The notes under the pieces are model-generated. The model did not search any database. It worked only from the letters and a program-made list of their open reading frames with translations, and was not told the DNA's origin. Both the position numbers and the translations under genes were made by a program. A stretch of DNA of 64,000 nt from Candidatus Falkowbacteria bacterium (GTDB lineage Bacteria; Patescibacteriota; Patescibacteriia; XYB2-FULL-38-15), in assembly GCA_016214745.1 (NCBI GenBank), contig JACRNW010000012.1, forward strand, positions 4,368-68,367. Reading direction: 5' to 3'. Positions 20,510 to 31,216 of the stretch are shown here, in pieces. Positions within the stretch are counted from its first letter, which is position 1, and the number at the start of each line of letters is the position of its first letter.

Positions 20510-22174
20510 TTATTCTATCAATTTATAAATTTTCCCCTCATCGTCTTTATATACCATAAGAAAGTTCCCGTCACTTTTTAAATTATTTTCCAGGGCGATA
20601 TGGTCTTTATCAACAAAAACATATTCTGAATGGAAATCATTTTTAACAATCTCGGAAATGTTTTGCCGCCTGCCGGTTGTGATATCAACCCATTCTTTAT
20701 GCAGGTCTTTATTATAATCATACATAAAAGTCGGATCAAGGCCGGCGATGTAATAATTGTGGGTGTTGTAATAAAAAAGCGCCGGAAAATCATCCCAGTC
20801 ATTATGAAAAATAATTGCTCCGGCCGGAGTATTATTTTTTAACCATTCCGCCGCGCCGCGATATTTATAGATGGAGCCGCCGGAAAGATAGAGTTGTTTT
20901 ATGGACCAAACGTTCCGCCCGGCAGTAAGCGGAATCATAATTAAAATATAAAGAATAACGAGGCTGGAAAAAATTTTTCTTTTTTGTCGCCAATTATTAA
21001 ATGCGGTCCAATATTTTTTAATTAAAGACAGCGGCTGATTTAAGGTAAAGGCGGATGAAAGAGTCGCAAAAGGAATGAAGTATTCAACATTGCGGCGGGA
21101 GCGCAAAGTCAGCGCCAAGAAAAAAAGCGCGAGAAAAGTTGAGGTGAGAATTTTTGTCTTTGTCTTGCGGTCGGTTAGAGCGGGTTTTTCTTTGCCAGCG
21201 AAATTTTTAAGAAAATTTATAAAAAATACAGTGAAAGAGAGTATCAATAAAATAAAAATAAAAGAAGAATTGGCGATGAGATCGCCCAAACCGTAAGGAT
21301 ACCACTCGGCTCCCACGCCGATTTTATCTTGATAATTAATAACGGCGATTTTTATAATTTGTTGCCAGTAAAAAAATAAATTTTTTGGAAAAAACGGATT
21401 TAGAACAACGCCGGCAACAAGGCCGCCAAAACACGCCGTAAGCAGTTTGATATTTTGTTTAGTGAAGACACAACGGAAAAAGTATGAAGTATAAAGTATG
21501 AAGTATAAAGTATATTTTTTTATTTTTTGAGCCAGGTTTTTGATACTTAATACTTGATACCCAATACGATCATCTATCTGTTTTTGATGAGAAAAATTTA
21601 TAATCGCGTCGCTTAAAACATAGAATGTGGTTAGAATAAACATCAGCGGCCAGCCGCCGTAAGTCCAAACATAAATAAAAGATAAAAGAAAAAGCGGCCA
21701 GATTTTTCGATTAAAAATAAAATAAAGGCCAAAGAGTAGGATTATCAGTGAAATAGATGAGGCCTTAGCCAGATTAATTCTAAAAATAAAAGGACTTGAA
21801 ACAAGAAGAATTAGACAATAAAAAATTGCGCCCCTAATTTTAAATTTTTGGAGAAACCAATAAAAAGTTAAAATCAAAAGCGCAGCGGAAAACGCGGTAA
21901 AAAGTTTTATACCGACCAGCGGGTCAAAAAAAGTAACAAAAGGAATGAGGGCGACGTGATATAAAAAATGGTGGTCGGTATAATAATTTTTCAAAACAGT
22001 AAATTGCAGCCAGGGAAAATCCCGGACAATCCCTTGGTCGCTGGTTAAGACCGCCATCTTGGCGTGGTAGAAAGAATCCGGATCGGGAAAAGTCGGGGAA
22101 ATTTGAAAATACGAAAAAAGAGAAAACGAAACGATGAAAAGCAGAAGAAATTTTAAGAGTTCAGTTTTTTTCAT
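20510..22174 (-). CDS. Polytopic membrane protein, putative GT-C glycosyltransferase
   Basis: DPDSFYH motif, many TM helices, WDDFP/GLDPTF C-terminal domain. Confidence 0.65.
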   Translation of the reverse strand: MKKTELLKFLLLFIVSFSLFSYFQISPTFPDPDSFYHAKMAVLTSDQGIVRDFPWLQFTVLKNYYTDHHFLYHVALIPFVTFFDPLVGIKLFTAFSAALLILTFYWFLQKFKIRGAIFYCLILLVSSPFIFRINLAKASSISLIILLFGLYFIFNRKIWPLFLLSFIYVWTYGGWPLMFILTTFYVLSDAIINFSHQKQIDDRIGYQVLSIKNLAQKIKKYTLYFILYTSYFFRCVFTKQNIKLLTACFGGLVAGVVLNPFFPKNLFFYWQQIIKIAVINYQDKIGVGAEWYPYGLGDLIANSSFIFILLILSFTVFFINFLKNFAGKEKPALTDRKTKTKILTSTFLALFFLALTLRSRRNVEYFIPFATLSSAFTLNQPLSLIKKYWTAFNNWRQKRKIFSSLVILYILIMIPLTAGRNVWSIKQLYLSGGSIYKYRGAAEWLKNNTPAGAIIFHNDWDDFPALFYYNTHNYYIAGLDPTFMYDYNKDLHKEWVDITTGRRQNISEIVKNDFHSEYVFVDKDHIALENNLKSDGNFLMVYKDDEGKIYKLIE

Positions 22175-22207
22175 CGGACAGTTTCCTCCTTTAAAATCGC
22201 GAGACAG

Positions 22208-23245
22208 TTAGCCCAGTTGTTTTTTAAAGAAATCAACCCAGGGAATGGGCGATGGATCAAGATTATAAATCATTGCCAGATAAAAACTCGTGTAACTGCC
22301 GAAGAGCAGAGTTTCCGTTGATTGTTGAAGTTTGGTTTTGGCTTTCGGTCTATACTCAACAAAATCAATTTTATTTCTTCGCAAAACTTCTTTTAAAATT
22401 AGATATCTTTTTTGATTTCGCGGGTGGTAAAGATTGGAATTGATAAGAACAAACTTAATATTTTTGTTGGCACTTGGATTTTTTAGCCCTTCCATTAGGT
22501 GATGATTTAATTCGGGGAGTTCAAAATAAGCCGCGAAGCATTTGGCATTTTCATTAATTTGGTTTGCCATAATATGGCCATTGCCGAGCAAAAATTCTGA
22601 AGCAACAATTATCGGAATTTTGTTTTGTAATTTTTGGGCAAAAGTTTTGGCCGTGCCATTCTTATGGTTCAGGAGAGCAATAGCTTGATTAATTTCTTTT
22701 TCTTCAATTTTCAAGAGGCCGCATCGTGCGAGGAAGCCGAGTTGTCCGAAAATGGAATAGCCCAAGCCCATGCGCGGCTGATTTGATGGATTATAAGTTG
22801 GTTTAAAAATATAAGCCGGATAATTGTTGCGGCGTAAAAAATTAGCCAGCGCGCCGCCGGTAGCAAGACCCAAAATTTTAGCTTTTCTTTTTTGTCCTTC
22901 ACGGGCCGTGGCCAAAGTTTCCTCAGTATTGCCGGAATAACTTGAAAGAATTAAAAGAGTTTTTGGTCCGACGTAAGCGGGCAGGGAATAGCCGCGGACG
23001 ATTTCGAGGGGTTTTTTCAACTGATCGGCAAAAAGAGTTTGAATTAAATGTCCGCCGAGCGCTGATCCGCCCATACCAGAGACGACGATATTTTCCACAC
23101 CGCGGTAGGCGGCCGGAATTTTTATTTTTTTAACTTCCCGCCAGGCTGCTTCGCATTGTTCGCCCAGAAGTTCAATTGACCCGAGCAGGTTTGATTTGTC
23201 TAATTTTTTGATTTGTTGAGGGGTAATCATATTTGTAAATGTCAT
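22208..23245 (-). CDS. Bifunctional phosphoglucose/phosphomannose isomerase (SIS domain)
   Basis: GMGGSA, SYSGNTEE, QPRM, NENAK, PELNHH. Confidence 0.9.
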   Translation of the reverse strand: MTFTNMITPQQIKKLDKSNLLGSIELLGEQCEAAWREVKKIKIPAAYRGVENIVVSGMGGSALGGHLIQTLFADQLKKPLEIVRGYSLPAYVGPKTLLILSSYSGNTEETLATAREGQKRKAKILGLATGGALANFLRRNNYPAYIFKPTYNPSNQPRMGLGYSIFGQLGFLARCGLLKIEEKEINQAIALLNHKNGTAKTFAQKLQNKIPIIVASEFLLGNGHIMANQINENAKCFAAYFELPELNHHLMEGLKNPSANKNIKFVLINSNLYHPRNQKRYLILKEVLRRNKIDFVEYRPKAKTKLQQSTETLLFGSYTSFYLAMIYNLDPSPIPWVDFFKKQLG

Positions 23246-23327
23246 CGTTTTTATTTCTTTATTCTAACATTTTCAAGACAAATTAAAAAGCCCAGCCGGG
23301 CGGCTGGGCGGAAAATGCGGTATTCTA

Positions 23328-24629
23328 TCATTTATTAAATAATTTTTTACGGCGGAGGAGCTTGTGATAGCCAATGGCAAAACGGTGGGCTTCATCGCGA
23401 ACTCGGAGCAAAATATCTTTGTGCAATTCAGCGACGCGGACGAGTTCAGGATTATTTTGATCGGCAATCAGCCGGTCTTGTTTGCGGTCAAAACCTTTGG
23501 CAACACCCAGCACCGGAATTTTTATTTTTTTCTCGGAGAGAATCTCGCGAACAGCGTTGATTTGCCCCCAGCCGCCGTCAACCAAAATTATATTTGGTAA
23601 TGGCCAATCAGAAAGATGCTTTAATCGTCGCGTCATTACTTCTTTCATCATCCCGACATCGTTTGGTGTGGTTAAAGTTTTAATTTTAAATTTTCGGTAT
23701 TCATTTTTATTTGGTTTACCATCTTCAAAAACAACCATGCTGCCGGTCGCCGAAGTGCCGCTGATGTTTGAAATGTCATAACCCTCAATTCGACCAAAAA
23801 TGTCAATTGTTCCGCTGGATACGAATAGCGAATCTTTTGCGAATTTGCGAATTCGTAAATTCGAAGTTAATTCGTTATTCGTATCCTTTGTCAAAATAGC
23901 CACATCCTGGATATGCTCCAGAGAAAAAATTTGATTGCGAAGTCGCGCTGCTTTTTCAAAATTTTCTTCGCGGCTCGCAATAGCCATTTCCTTTTTTAAA
24001 TTTTTAATGATTTTTTCTTTTTTTCCTTCAAAAAATAAAATTAAATGGTGGATGAGGCGGCGGTAATCTTTTATTGAAACAAATCCGGCGCAAGGTGCAG
24101 GGCATTGTTTTAAATGATAATGAAGGCACGGTTTTTTAGCCATAACCACGCAATCGCGGAAAGGAAAAATTTTCCGGCGCAGAATATCAAGCGCGGCGCG
24201 AAGCGAGGAGGCACTCGTGTACGGACCGAAAAGTTTGGCGATTTGTTTTTTCTCGCCGGATGTCATCCGAGCCAATTCTAATCCACGCAGTAAAAAAATC
24301 CGAGGAAATTTTTCTTTGCTGATCGCCACGTACAAAAACGATCTATCATCTTTTTCTTTAACATTATATTTTGGTAAATATTTTTTTATCAAATTGGCTT
24401 CCAAAATTAAAGCTTCAATCACGGTAGGAGTTTTTTGGTAATCAATATCTGCAATTTTTGAAACTAATTTTTCAATTCTAATATCGTGCGGTCGGTCAAA
24501 ATAGCTTTTTACCCGATCGCGGAGCGAAGTGGCTTTTCCGACATAAATAATTTTACCCACGGCATTTTTCATTAAATACATGCCCGGGGTTTTAGGAAAT
24601 TTTTTTATTTTATTTTTTAATTCCGGCAT
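23328..24629 (-). CDS. uvrC: Excinuclease ABC subunit C (short form)
   Basis: GIY-YIG YVGKATSLRDRV, UVR domain, IEGYDISN, DGGWGQ, RDEAHRFA; true start is ATG 24629. Confidence 0.93.
   Translation of the reverse strand: MPELKNKIKKFPKTPGMYLMKNAVGKIIYVGKATSLRDRVKSYFDRPHDIRIEKLVSKIADIDYQKTPTVIEALILEANLIKKYLPKYNVKEKDDRSFLYVAISKEKFPRIFLLRGLELARMTSGEKKQIAKLFGPYTSASSLRAALDILRRKIFPFRDCVVMAKKPCLHYHLKQCPAPCAGFVSIKDYRRLIHHLILFFEGKKEKIIKNLKKEMAIASREENFEKAARLRNQIFSLEHIQDVAILTKDTNNELTSNLRIRKFAKDSLFVSSGTIDIFGRIEGYDISNISGTSATGSMVVFEDGKPNKNEYRKFKIKTLTTPNDVGMMKEVMTRRLKHLSDWPLPNIILVDGGWGQINAVREILSEKKIKIPVLGVAKGFDRKQDRLIADQNNPELVRVAELHKDILLRVRDEAHRFAIGYHKLLRRKKLFNK
23817..23886. repeat. 70-bp palindromic element inside uvrC
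   Basis: GGATACGAAT…ATTCGTATCC; 64/70 identical to 28951-29020. Confidence 0.9.
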
Positions 24630-24681
24630 ATTGACTTTTTTATTTTTTTGTTTCAAGATAAATTTGCGAAAGGAGGACGCA

Positions 24682-24972
24682 ATGAAGATAGGCCACCTCA
24701 GGGAGCGCGTAGAACGTGACGCGAAACGGGACTTACCCGAGAGATTAATCTTCGGCGTCTGGGATGCAACAGTCGGCAATTACGTCGAAAGAGCCGAGTG
24801 GATTGTTGTCGTGGCAGAAAATGCCAAGGTGACGGTTGATCGGCTGAAGGGAGTGATTGATTATTTCTCGTCAATGCAATGTAGCGGCGTATCGAGCGAC
24901 GTGCAGCAGATCATGACACGTTTCGGTATGGCGCTCTCGAGGCAGTGGAAGGTCTACCGGACCGCGAAGTGA
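24682..24972 (+). CDS. GC-rich orphan protein (96 aa) between uvrA and uvrC
   Basis: AAGGAGG before ATG; TTGACT upstream; hairpin and T-run downstream. Confidence 0.6.
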   Translation: MKIGHLRERVERDAKRDLPERLIFGVWDATVGNYVERAEWIVVVAENAKVTVDRLKGVIDYFSSMQCSGVSSDVQQIMTRFGMALSRQWKVYRTAK

Positions 24973-25006
24973 GCCTTGGCAAAACTTGCCCGGGCTCTTT
25001 TTTTAT

Positions 25007-27598
25007 TTATTTTTTATTCAAAACTTTTTTCAAATATTGTCCAGTGTATGATTTGGGATTTTTTGCCAATTCTTCCGGCGTGCCGGTCGCAATCAATTGT
25101 CCGCCGGCGTCGCCGCCATCGGGTCCTAAATCAATAATCCAGTCGGCCGTTTTTATGAAATCCAGATTATGCTCAATTACAATGACGGTATTTCCCAAAC
25201 TAACCAAGCGATGCAAAACTTCCAGCAATTTTTCCACGTCGGCGTAATGCAAACCGACTGTCGGTTCATCCAAAATATAAATCGTCCGACCGGTAGAGCG
25301 GCGGGCAAGTTCAGCGCCGAGTTTAATTCTTTGCGCTTCGCCGCCGGATAAAGTTGTCGCGGCCTGACCGAGTGTTAAATATTGTAAACCAACTTCGCGA
25401 AGAATTTTCAGCCGATCATAAACAGGAGGAATATTTCGGAAAAAAGTTTCCGCTTCTTCAACAGTCATCTGAAGCACGTCGTGAATATTTTTTTCTTTGT
25501 ATTTTATAGCCAATGTCTCCCGGTCAAAACGAGTTCCTTTACAAACTGGACAAGTCACATAAACTGCCGGCAGAAAATGCATTTCAATTTTAATCAGGCC
25601 GGCGCCTTCGCAATTTTCACAGCGTCCGCCCGGCACGTTGAAACTGAAACGACCCGGCTGGTAGCCGCGGGCGCGAGCTTCCGGCATAGCGGTGAAGAGT
25701 TCGCGAATGTGTGTCCAGGCGCCAGTGTAAGTTACCGGATTGGAACGAGGCGTGCGGCCGATGGGAGATTGGTCGATCACGATAACTTTATCCAAATAAT
25801 CCAGGCCCTCAATCCGAGCGTGTTTTCCGATTTCCCAATTGGTGTGATTAAGTTTATTGGAAAGCCCTTTATACAAAATATCATTTATAAGCGTGCTTTT
25901 GCCCGAACCGGAAACGCCCGTCACGCAAACGAATCTTTTGAGCGGAATTCTGACGTCAATATTTTTTAAATTATTTTCCGTGGCGCCGACTATTTTTATT
26001 TGGCCCGAGGAAAAATATTTGCTTTTGCCGTCAACGTGGCGGCGTTTTTCCGGAGTCTTAATTTCCTTATCTCCGCGTAAATAAGCCGCAGTCAAAGATT
26101 TCTTATCTTGCAAAACGTCGGGCATTGGTCCGGCGGCGACAATTTCTCCGCCGTGCGCTCCGGCGCCCGGCCCGAGGTCAACCAAATAATCGGCCGTCCA
26201 AATTGTTTCCGGATCATGTTCAACCACGATGACCGTGTTGCCGATGTCTTTGATGTGTTTTAAGGTGGCCAGCAATTTTTCGTTATCTTTCGGATGCAGG
26301 CCGATCGTCGGTTCGTCCAAAATGTAGAGCGCACCGACCAAACGCGAGCCGACTTGCGAAGCCAAGCGAATGCGCTGCGCTTCGCCGCCCGAGAGCGTGC
26401 CGGCCTTGCGGTCAAGCGTCAGATATCCCAAACCGACATCCAGCATAAATTGCAGCCGGCTTTTTATTTCTTTCAAAATCGTTGAGGAAATTTCCAAATC
26501 AGTCACGCTCAAGGGATTTTTTTTATTTTCCAAGTCAGTCAGGGCACCAAAAAATTCGTACGCTTCGTGAATCGACATTTTTGTCGTCTCGACGATATTT
26601 TTTCCCGCCACAAAAACATGCAGACTTTCTTTTCTAAGCCGGGCGCTACCGCAGTCGGGACAGGGAGTTTCGGAAAATAAAAATTCGGTGCCGAGGCCGT
26701 GACAAGTCGGACAGGCGCCGTAAGGACTGTTGAAAGAAAATAAGCGCGGTTCTATTTCCGGAAAAGAGAAACCGTCGTCCGGGCAAGAAAATTTTCCCGA
26801 CATCACCATTTCTTCGCCGTTGTCCAAAATAATGGTCACTACCTCCTGTCCGTGTTTTAAAGCGATTTCCACGGCTTCGGCGAGGCGGGCGCGCATGCCT
26901 TTATTATTTTCAAGCGGCCAGCCGAGCGTAACTTTATCAACGATCAAATCGATGTTGTGCTGTTTATAACGTGGCAAAACGATTTTTTCCCGGAGCGGTT
27001 TAAATTTTCCGTTGACGCGGACTTCGGAAAATCCGTCGTTATATAAATCATAAAGCAGTTGGTAATATTCGCCCTTGCGGCCGCGGACGACCGGCGCGAG
27101 AATTGAAATGTGGTCGGCCGATTTCGCGGCAGAGAGCGCGTCTTTTTTCTTATCGTGGATTTCCACGGTTTTTTTCAAAATCCAATCAACGATTTCTTCC
27201 ACAGTCATTTTTTTAATTTCTTTTCCGCAGACGGGACAATACGGTTTCCCAACCCGCGCGAAAAGAACGCGGAGATAATCATAAATTTCCGTGATGGTGG
27301 CGACCGTGGAGCGGGGATTTGCGCTATGGGCTTTTTGATCAATGGAAATGGCCGGCGACAATCCCTCAATTTCATCAACGTCGGGTTTATCCATCTGGCC
27401 CAAAAATTGCCGGGCGTAAGCCGAGAGAGACTCAACATAACGGCGCTGGCCTTCGGCAAAAATTGTATCAAAAGCCAAAGAAGATTTTCCCGAACCGGAG
27501 AGGCCAGTGAAAACAGTCATTTTATTTCTGGGAATCTCGAGAGAAACATTTTTCAAATTATGTTCTCGGGCGCCTTTTATAATTATTTTATCTTGCAT
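25007..27598 (-). CDS. uvrA: Excinuclease ABC subunit A
   Basis: GAREHNLK, two Walker A motifs ([16 protein letters not shown]), LSGGEAQR twice, zinc fingers. Confidence 0.98.
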   Translation of the reverse strand: MQDKIIIKGAREHNLKNVSLEIPRNKMTVFTGLSGSGKSSLAFDTIFAEGQRRYVESLSAYARQFLGQMDKPDVDEIEGLSPAISIDQKAHSANPRSTVATITEIYDYLRVLFARVGKPYCPVCGKEIKKMTVEEIVDWILKKTVEIHDKKKDALSAAKSADHISILAPVVRGRKGEYYQLLYDLYNDGFSEVRVNGKFKPLREKIVLPRYKQHNIDLIVDKVTLGWPLENNKGMRARLAEAVEIALKHGQEVVTIILDNGEEMVMSGKFSCPDDGFSFPEIEPRLFSFNSPYGACPTCHGLGTEFLFSETPCPDCGSARLRKESLHVFVAGKNIVETTKMSIHEAYEFFGALTDLENKKNPLSVTDLEISSTILKEIKSRLQFMLDVGLGYLTLDRKAGTLSGGEAQRIRLASQVGSRLVGALYILDEPTIGLHPKDNEKLLATLKHIKDIGNTVIVVEHDPETIWTADYLVDLGPGAGAHGGEIVAAGPMPDVLQDKKSLTAAYLRGDKEIKTPEKRRHVDGKSKYFSSGQIKIVGATENNLKNIDVRIPLKRFVCVTGVSGSGKSTLINDILYKGLSNKLNHTNWEIGKHARIEGLDYLDKVIVIDQSPIGRTPRSNPVTYTGAWTHIRELFTAMPEARARGYQPGRFSFNVPGGRCENCEGAGLIKIEMHFLPAVYVTCPVCKGTRFDRETLAIKYKEKNIHDVLQMTVEEAETFFRNIPPVYDRLKILREVGLQYLTLGQAATTLSGGEAQRIKLGAELARRSTGRTIYILDEPTVGLHYADVEKLLEVLHRLVSLGNTVIVIEHNLDFIKTADWIIDLGPDGGDAGGQLIATGTPEELAKNPKSYTGQYLKKVLNKK

Positions 27599-27879
27599 AT
27601 TGACATTTTTTAATAATTTTGTAATAATTCATTTTGTACGGTTTTGGTTTGCCGTGTTGGCGGACCACCGTCCGAGGAAAGAAGGAGGTGGATAGAGGAA
27701 AATGAGCAACAAGTCTTCGCTCGTGCGCGAGGCCAAGGCGCAGACGGCGTGATGCGGTGATCCCGCTAGGAGGTGGATGTCGGGGCGCCCCTGACACGGG
27801 ACGGAGATCGTCGGTTTAGCGGCTTAAGTGCCGCCACAGAAATGTGAACCGGCGGAAGCTCCAGTAGCCCTCAGGAGAA

Positions 27880-30018
27880 TCATTCCTTCATTGGATCCCC
27901 GGGATGTGCTTCGGCATGTTTCGGGGATTTTTTTAATTCCCGAATTTCATCGCGCAAAATGGCGGCCAGCTCGAATTGTAAATTTTTCGCCGCCTCTTTC
28001 ATTTGCCTTTCTTTTTCGTTTATAATTTCTTCAATATTTTTTCCTTTTTCGCCGATAACATCCAGATCCAAAATATTTTTAACTTTTTCTTTTTTATCTT
28101 CTTCGCCGACAATATCTTTGATTTTCTTTTGAATAGTTTTTGGTGTGATGCCGTGTTTTTTGTTATAGTCCATTTGCGTTTTTCGCCGACGTTCGGTTTC
28201 GCGGATGGCGCGTTCCATTGAGCCAGTCATTTGATCGGCATAAAGTAAAACTTGCCCGTGGACATTTCTCGCCGCTCGGCCAATCGTCTGGATAAGCGAA
28301 GTTTCACTGCGCAAAAATCCTTCTTTGTCCGCGTCTAAAATGGCGACTAGGGTCACTTCCGGCAGATCCAATCCTTCGCGCAATAAATTAACGCCGACCA
28401 GAATATCAAATTTCCCCCGGCGAAATTCAGTCAGAATTTTTATCCGGTCCAATGTTTGAACCTCACTGTGGATGTAGTTAACTTTAAATTTTTTTTCCGC
28501 GAGATATTCGCTTAAATCCTCGGCCATTTTTTTAGTCAGAGTCGTGACAAGGACCCGTTCGTTTCGTTTTACGCGGTCGGCAATTCGTTCCATTAAATCA
28601 TCAACTTGAGATTTTTCACCGGAATTTTTTGGTGTGATCGGGCGAACAATAATTTCCGGATCAATCAAACCAGTCGGTCTGATAATTTGTTCAACAACTT
28701 GTCCGCTTCGAGTTAATTCATAATCCGCCGGCGTGGCCGAAGTATAAATTGTCTGCGGCATTCGCGTTTCAAATTCGCTGAATTTCAGCGGCCGATTATC
28801 GGCGGCGGAAGGCAGACGAAAACCAAAATCAATCAACGCTCTTTTTCGCGAAGCATCACCGTCATACATTCCGGAAATTTGCGGCACGGTGACATGTGAT
28901 TCATCAATTACCATTAGCCAATCGGATAGGTTGTGGTTATTTTTGCCGGGGGATACGAATTGCGAATCTTTTACGAATTTACGAATTTGCAAATTCGCAG
29001 TTAATTCGTTATTCGTATCCTTTTGTGATGAGCGCGGGAAATAATCTAAAAGTGTCTCCGGCGGTTCGCCCGCGGCGCGGCCAGAAAGATGGCGAGAATA
29101 ATTTTCAATCCCATGGCAGTAGCCGACTTCTTTTATCATTTCTAAATCATAATTGGTCCGGCGCTCCAATCGCTCGGCTTCAAGCAGTTTTCCATTTTTA
29201 TTAAAATAATCCAAGCGGTCTTTTAATTCTTCTTTGATTGTTTTGAACGCTCGCTCGCGTTCCGGGCCCAGCGTGACAAAATGTTTGGCCGGAAAAATCC
29301 AAACGTCGGATGGTTCATCTTTTATTTTTCTTGTTACTGGGTCAATCGCAAAAATATTTTTTATTTTCTGGTTGGCGGACTCTACTCGGTAAATAATTTC
29401 TTGGTTCACGGGCATTATTTCCAAAGTCTCCCCACGCAAACGAAATTCGCCGCGTTTTAAATCGGAGTTAGTCCGGTTAAATTGCATGGTGATTAACTGG
29501 TTCAATAAATCAGCGCGGGTGATAGTTTGATCTTTAGCCAAATGCAAAACAATTTTTTCATAGGTTTCCGGGGCGCCCAAACCATAAATACAAGAAACCG
29601 AAGCGACGATGATTACATCGCGCCGCGTCAAAAGCGCCTGAGTCGCGGCGTGGCGGAGGCGATCAATTTCGTCATTGATCATGGCTTCTTTTTCAATGTA
29701 AGTATCGGTTCGCGGCAAATATGCTTCAGGTTGGTAGTAATCGTAATAGGAAACAAAATATTCCACGGCATTATCCGGGAAAAATTCTCGAAACTCATTG
29801 CAAAGCTGCGCCGCCAGGGTTTTATTGTGGGCGATGACAAGAGTGGGTTTATTGATTTTTGCGATCACATTTGCCACAGTAAAAGTTTTGCCTGAACCGG
29901 TGACGCCGAGAAGCGTTTGATGACCGTAATTTTTTTTCAAACCACTAACAAGTTCGGCGATTGCTTTTGGCTGATCGCCCGATGGTTTAAATTTAGATTT
30001 TAATTTGAATTTGTTCAT
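27880..30018 (-). CDS. uvrB: Excinuclease ABC subunit B
   Basis: GDQPKAI, GVTGSGKT, YYDYYQPEAY, DESH, QTIGRAARN; true start is ATG 30018. Confidence 0.98.
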   Translation of the reverse strand: MNKFKLKSKFKPSGDQPKAIAELVSGLKKNYGHQTLLGVTGSGKTFTVANVIAKINKPTLVIAHNKTLAAQLCNEFREFFPDNAVEYFVSYYDYYQPEAYLPRTDTYIEKEAMINDEIDRLRHAATQALLTRRDVIIVASVSCIYGLGAPETYEKIVLHLAKDQTITRADLLNQLITMQFNRTNSDLKRGEFRLRGETLEIMPVNQEIIYRVESANQKIKNIFAIDPVTRKIKDEPSDVWIFPAKHFVTLGPERERAFKTIKEELKDRLDYFNKNGKLLEAERLERRTNYDLEMIKEVGYCHGIENYSRHLSGRAAGEPPETLLDYFPRSSQKDTNNELTANLQIRKFVKDSQFVSPGKNNHNLSDWLMVIDESHVTVPQISGMYDGDASRKRALIDFGFRLPSAADNRPLKFSEFETRMPQTIYTSATPADYELTRSGQVVEQIIRPTGLIDPEIIVRPITPKNSGEKSQVDDLMERIADRVKRNERVLVTTLTKKMAEDLSEYLAEKKFKVNYIHSEVQTLDRIKILTEFRRGKFDILVGVNLLREGLDLPEVTLVAILDADKEGFLRSETSLIQTIGRAARNVHGQVLLYADQMTGSMERAIRETERRRKTQMDYNKKHGITPKTIQKKIKDIVGEEDKKEKVKNILDLDVIGEKGKNIEEIINEKERQMKEAAKNLQFELAAILRDEIRELKKSPKHAEAHPGDPMKE
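28951..29020. repeat. 70-bp palindromic element inside uvrB
   Basis: Same element as in uvrC, read in the same frame. Confidence 0.9.
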
Positions 30019-30220
30019 ATACGCAAAAAATTCCCCGAGATTCCTCCTCACTAAGGGAGGAGTGGGGCGTGTCTGTAAAGAAACGAACAGATTTTCGTTC
30101 TTATTGTAAGAGTATAGTAGCAAGAGAATTCGGCTTTGTCAAGCGCAACTTGACAAATGAGGGTTTTTTGATTTAAGATAGACAATCGCGAACAATAAGG
30201 GAGGGAAGGGAGGATTGATC

Positions 30221-31021
30221 GTGAGCGAAGGAAACGCAGGGAGCAGTGTTGGGGGTTGTTCGGACGACAACCAGGTGGGCGACGACACGCTGACTGGCAA
30301 CAAAACTGGTCGGTACGAACTGCCGCTGGACGATCCGGATTTTCTTGGCGAGCTGTTTAGGACGGCAGAGGAAGAGGGCTTGGCCAAGACCTTCCAGGCT
30401 GGCGAGTGGATCTTCCATGCCGGCGAAGAGCCGGAGGAGTACTGGCTCATCGGCAAGGGTCGGGTAGCCCAGTACCGTGGAGGCAGCGATACGGGCAGTT
30501 GCATCAATGAGCTTGGCCCGCGGAGATTCCTCGGGGTGAGAGCGTTCCACCTCGGGATGCCGCATACTACCTCGGCTCAGGCCATTGAACCCAGCACTCT
30601 GATCAGGATCGGGGGATCCCTCTACGGCAAGTTGCTCAAAGTTCCGCGGTTCGTCTACCTCGTTATCCAGCAGCAGGAGAAGGAAATCTGCGAGGTGAGC
30701 GACGCGGTTCTGCGGAGTCGCGTTGACCTTGAAGCGCTGCAGCGCGAGGTCGCCACTCTCCGGAGGGATATTGAGCGATATGAAAAGATGTCGCCAGAGC
30801 AGCTGGCTCAGAGGAACGTTAGGGCCGGGGTGGCGGAACGGACTCTGCATCTTCTGGCGCCGGATCTTGTGGGGCTCGACAAGGACGTGGCAGAGCTTCT
30901 TGCCACGCTTCCGCCAGAAGTTCTGAAGGCGGTACGCAACAATCTCGTTTTTGGCAGGATTTTCGCCGCCATTACGAGATGTCGGAACCAGGTTCGGCCG
31001 CTCGAGTTTACCCGCAAGTAG
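30221..31021 (+). CDS. GC-rich cyclic-nucleotide-binding domain protein with a coiled coil
   Basis: FQAGEWIFHAGE…YWLIGKGRV…LGPRRFLG…TTSAQA cNMP pattern; GGAGG before GTG; own promoter and terminator. Confidence 0.7.
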   Translation: MSEGNAGSSVGGCSDDNQVGDDTLTGNKTGRYELPLDDPDFLGELFRTAEEEGLAKTFQAGEWIFHAGEEPEEYWLIGKGRVAQYRGGSDTGSCINELGPRRFLGVRAFHLGMPHTTSAQAIEPSTLIRIGGSLYGKLLKVPRFVYLVIQQQEKEICEVSDAVLRSRVDLEALQREVATLRRDIERYEKMSPEQLAQRNVRAGVAERTLHLLAPDLVGLDKDVAELLATLPPEVLKAVRNNLVFGRIFAAITRCRNQVRPLEFTRK

Positions 31022-31094
31022 GGGGTTTGCCGGTTGCGCGCAAGTGCGACCGGCTTTTTTTATTTTGTGGGAAGTAAACCCCGCCCCGATTTTG

Positions 31095-31144
31095 CCCCTC
31101 ACCCAACCCTCTCCCCGATGGGGAGAGGACTAAGGTGAAGGGGG
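31095..31144. repeat. REP-like palindrome CCCTCACCCAACCCTCTCCC…GGGAGAGG without the nested insert
   Basis: Related copies at 37533-37610 and 50701-50738. Confidence 0.7.
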
Positions 31145-31216
31145 TGTATTTAAAAAAATTCTGCCGCGGCTTGTGGCTTTGGCAGAATAGTGAAGACGAA
31201 CTCGTGGGTTCTACGG

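Noticed and set aside
24630-24779. Long N-terminal extensions in the ORF track for uvrC (also uvrB to 30123, pnp from 41402, recombinase to 58573)
   Set aside because: They run through promoters, repeats or other genes; recognisable protein sequence begins at the downstream ATGs
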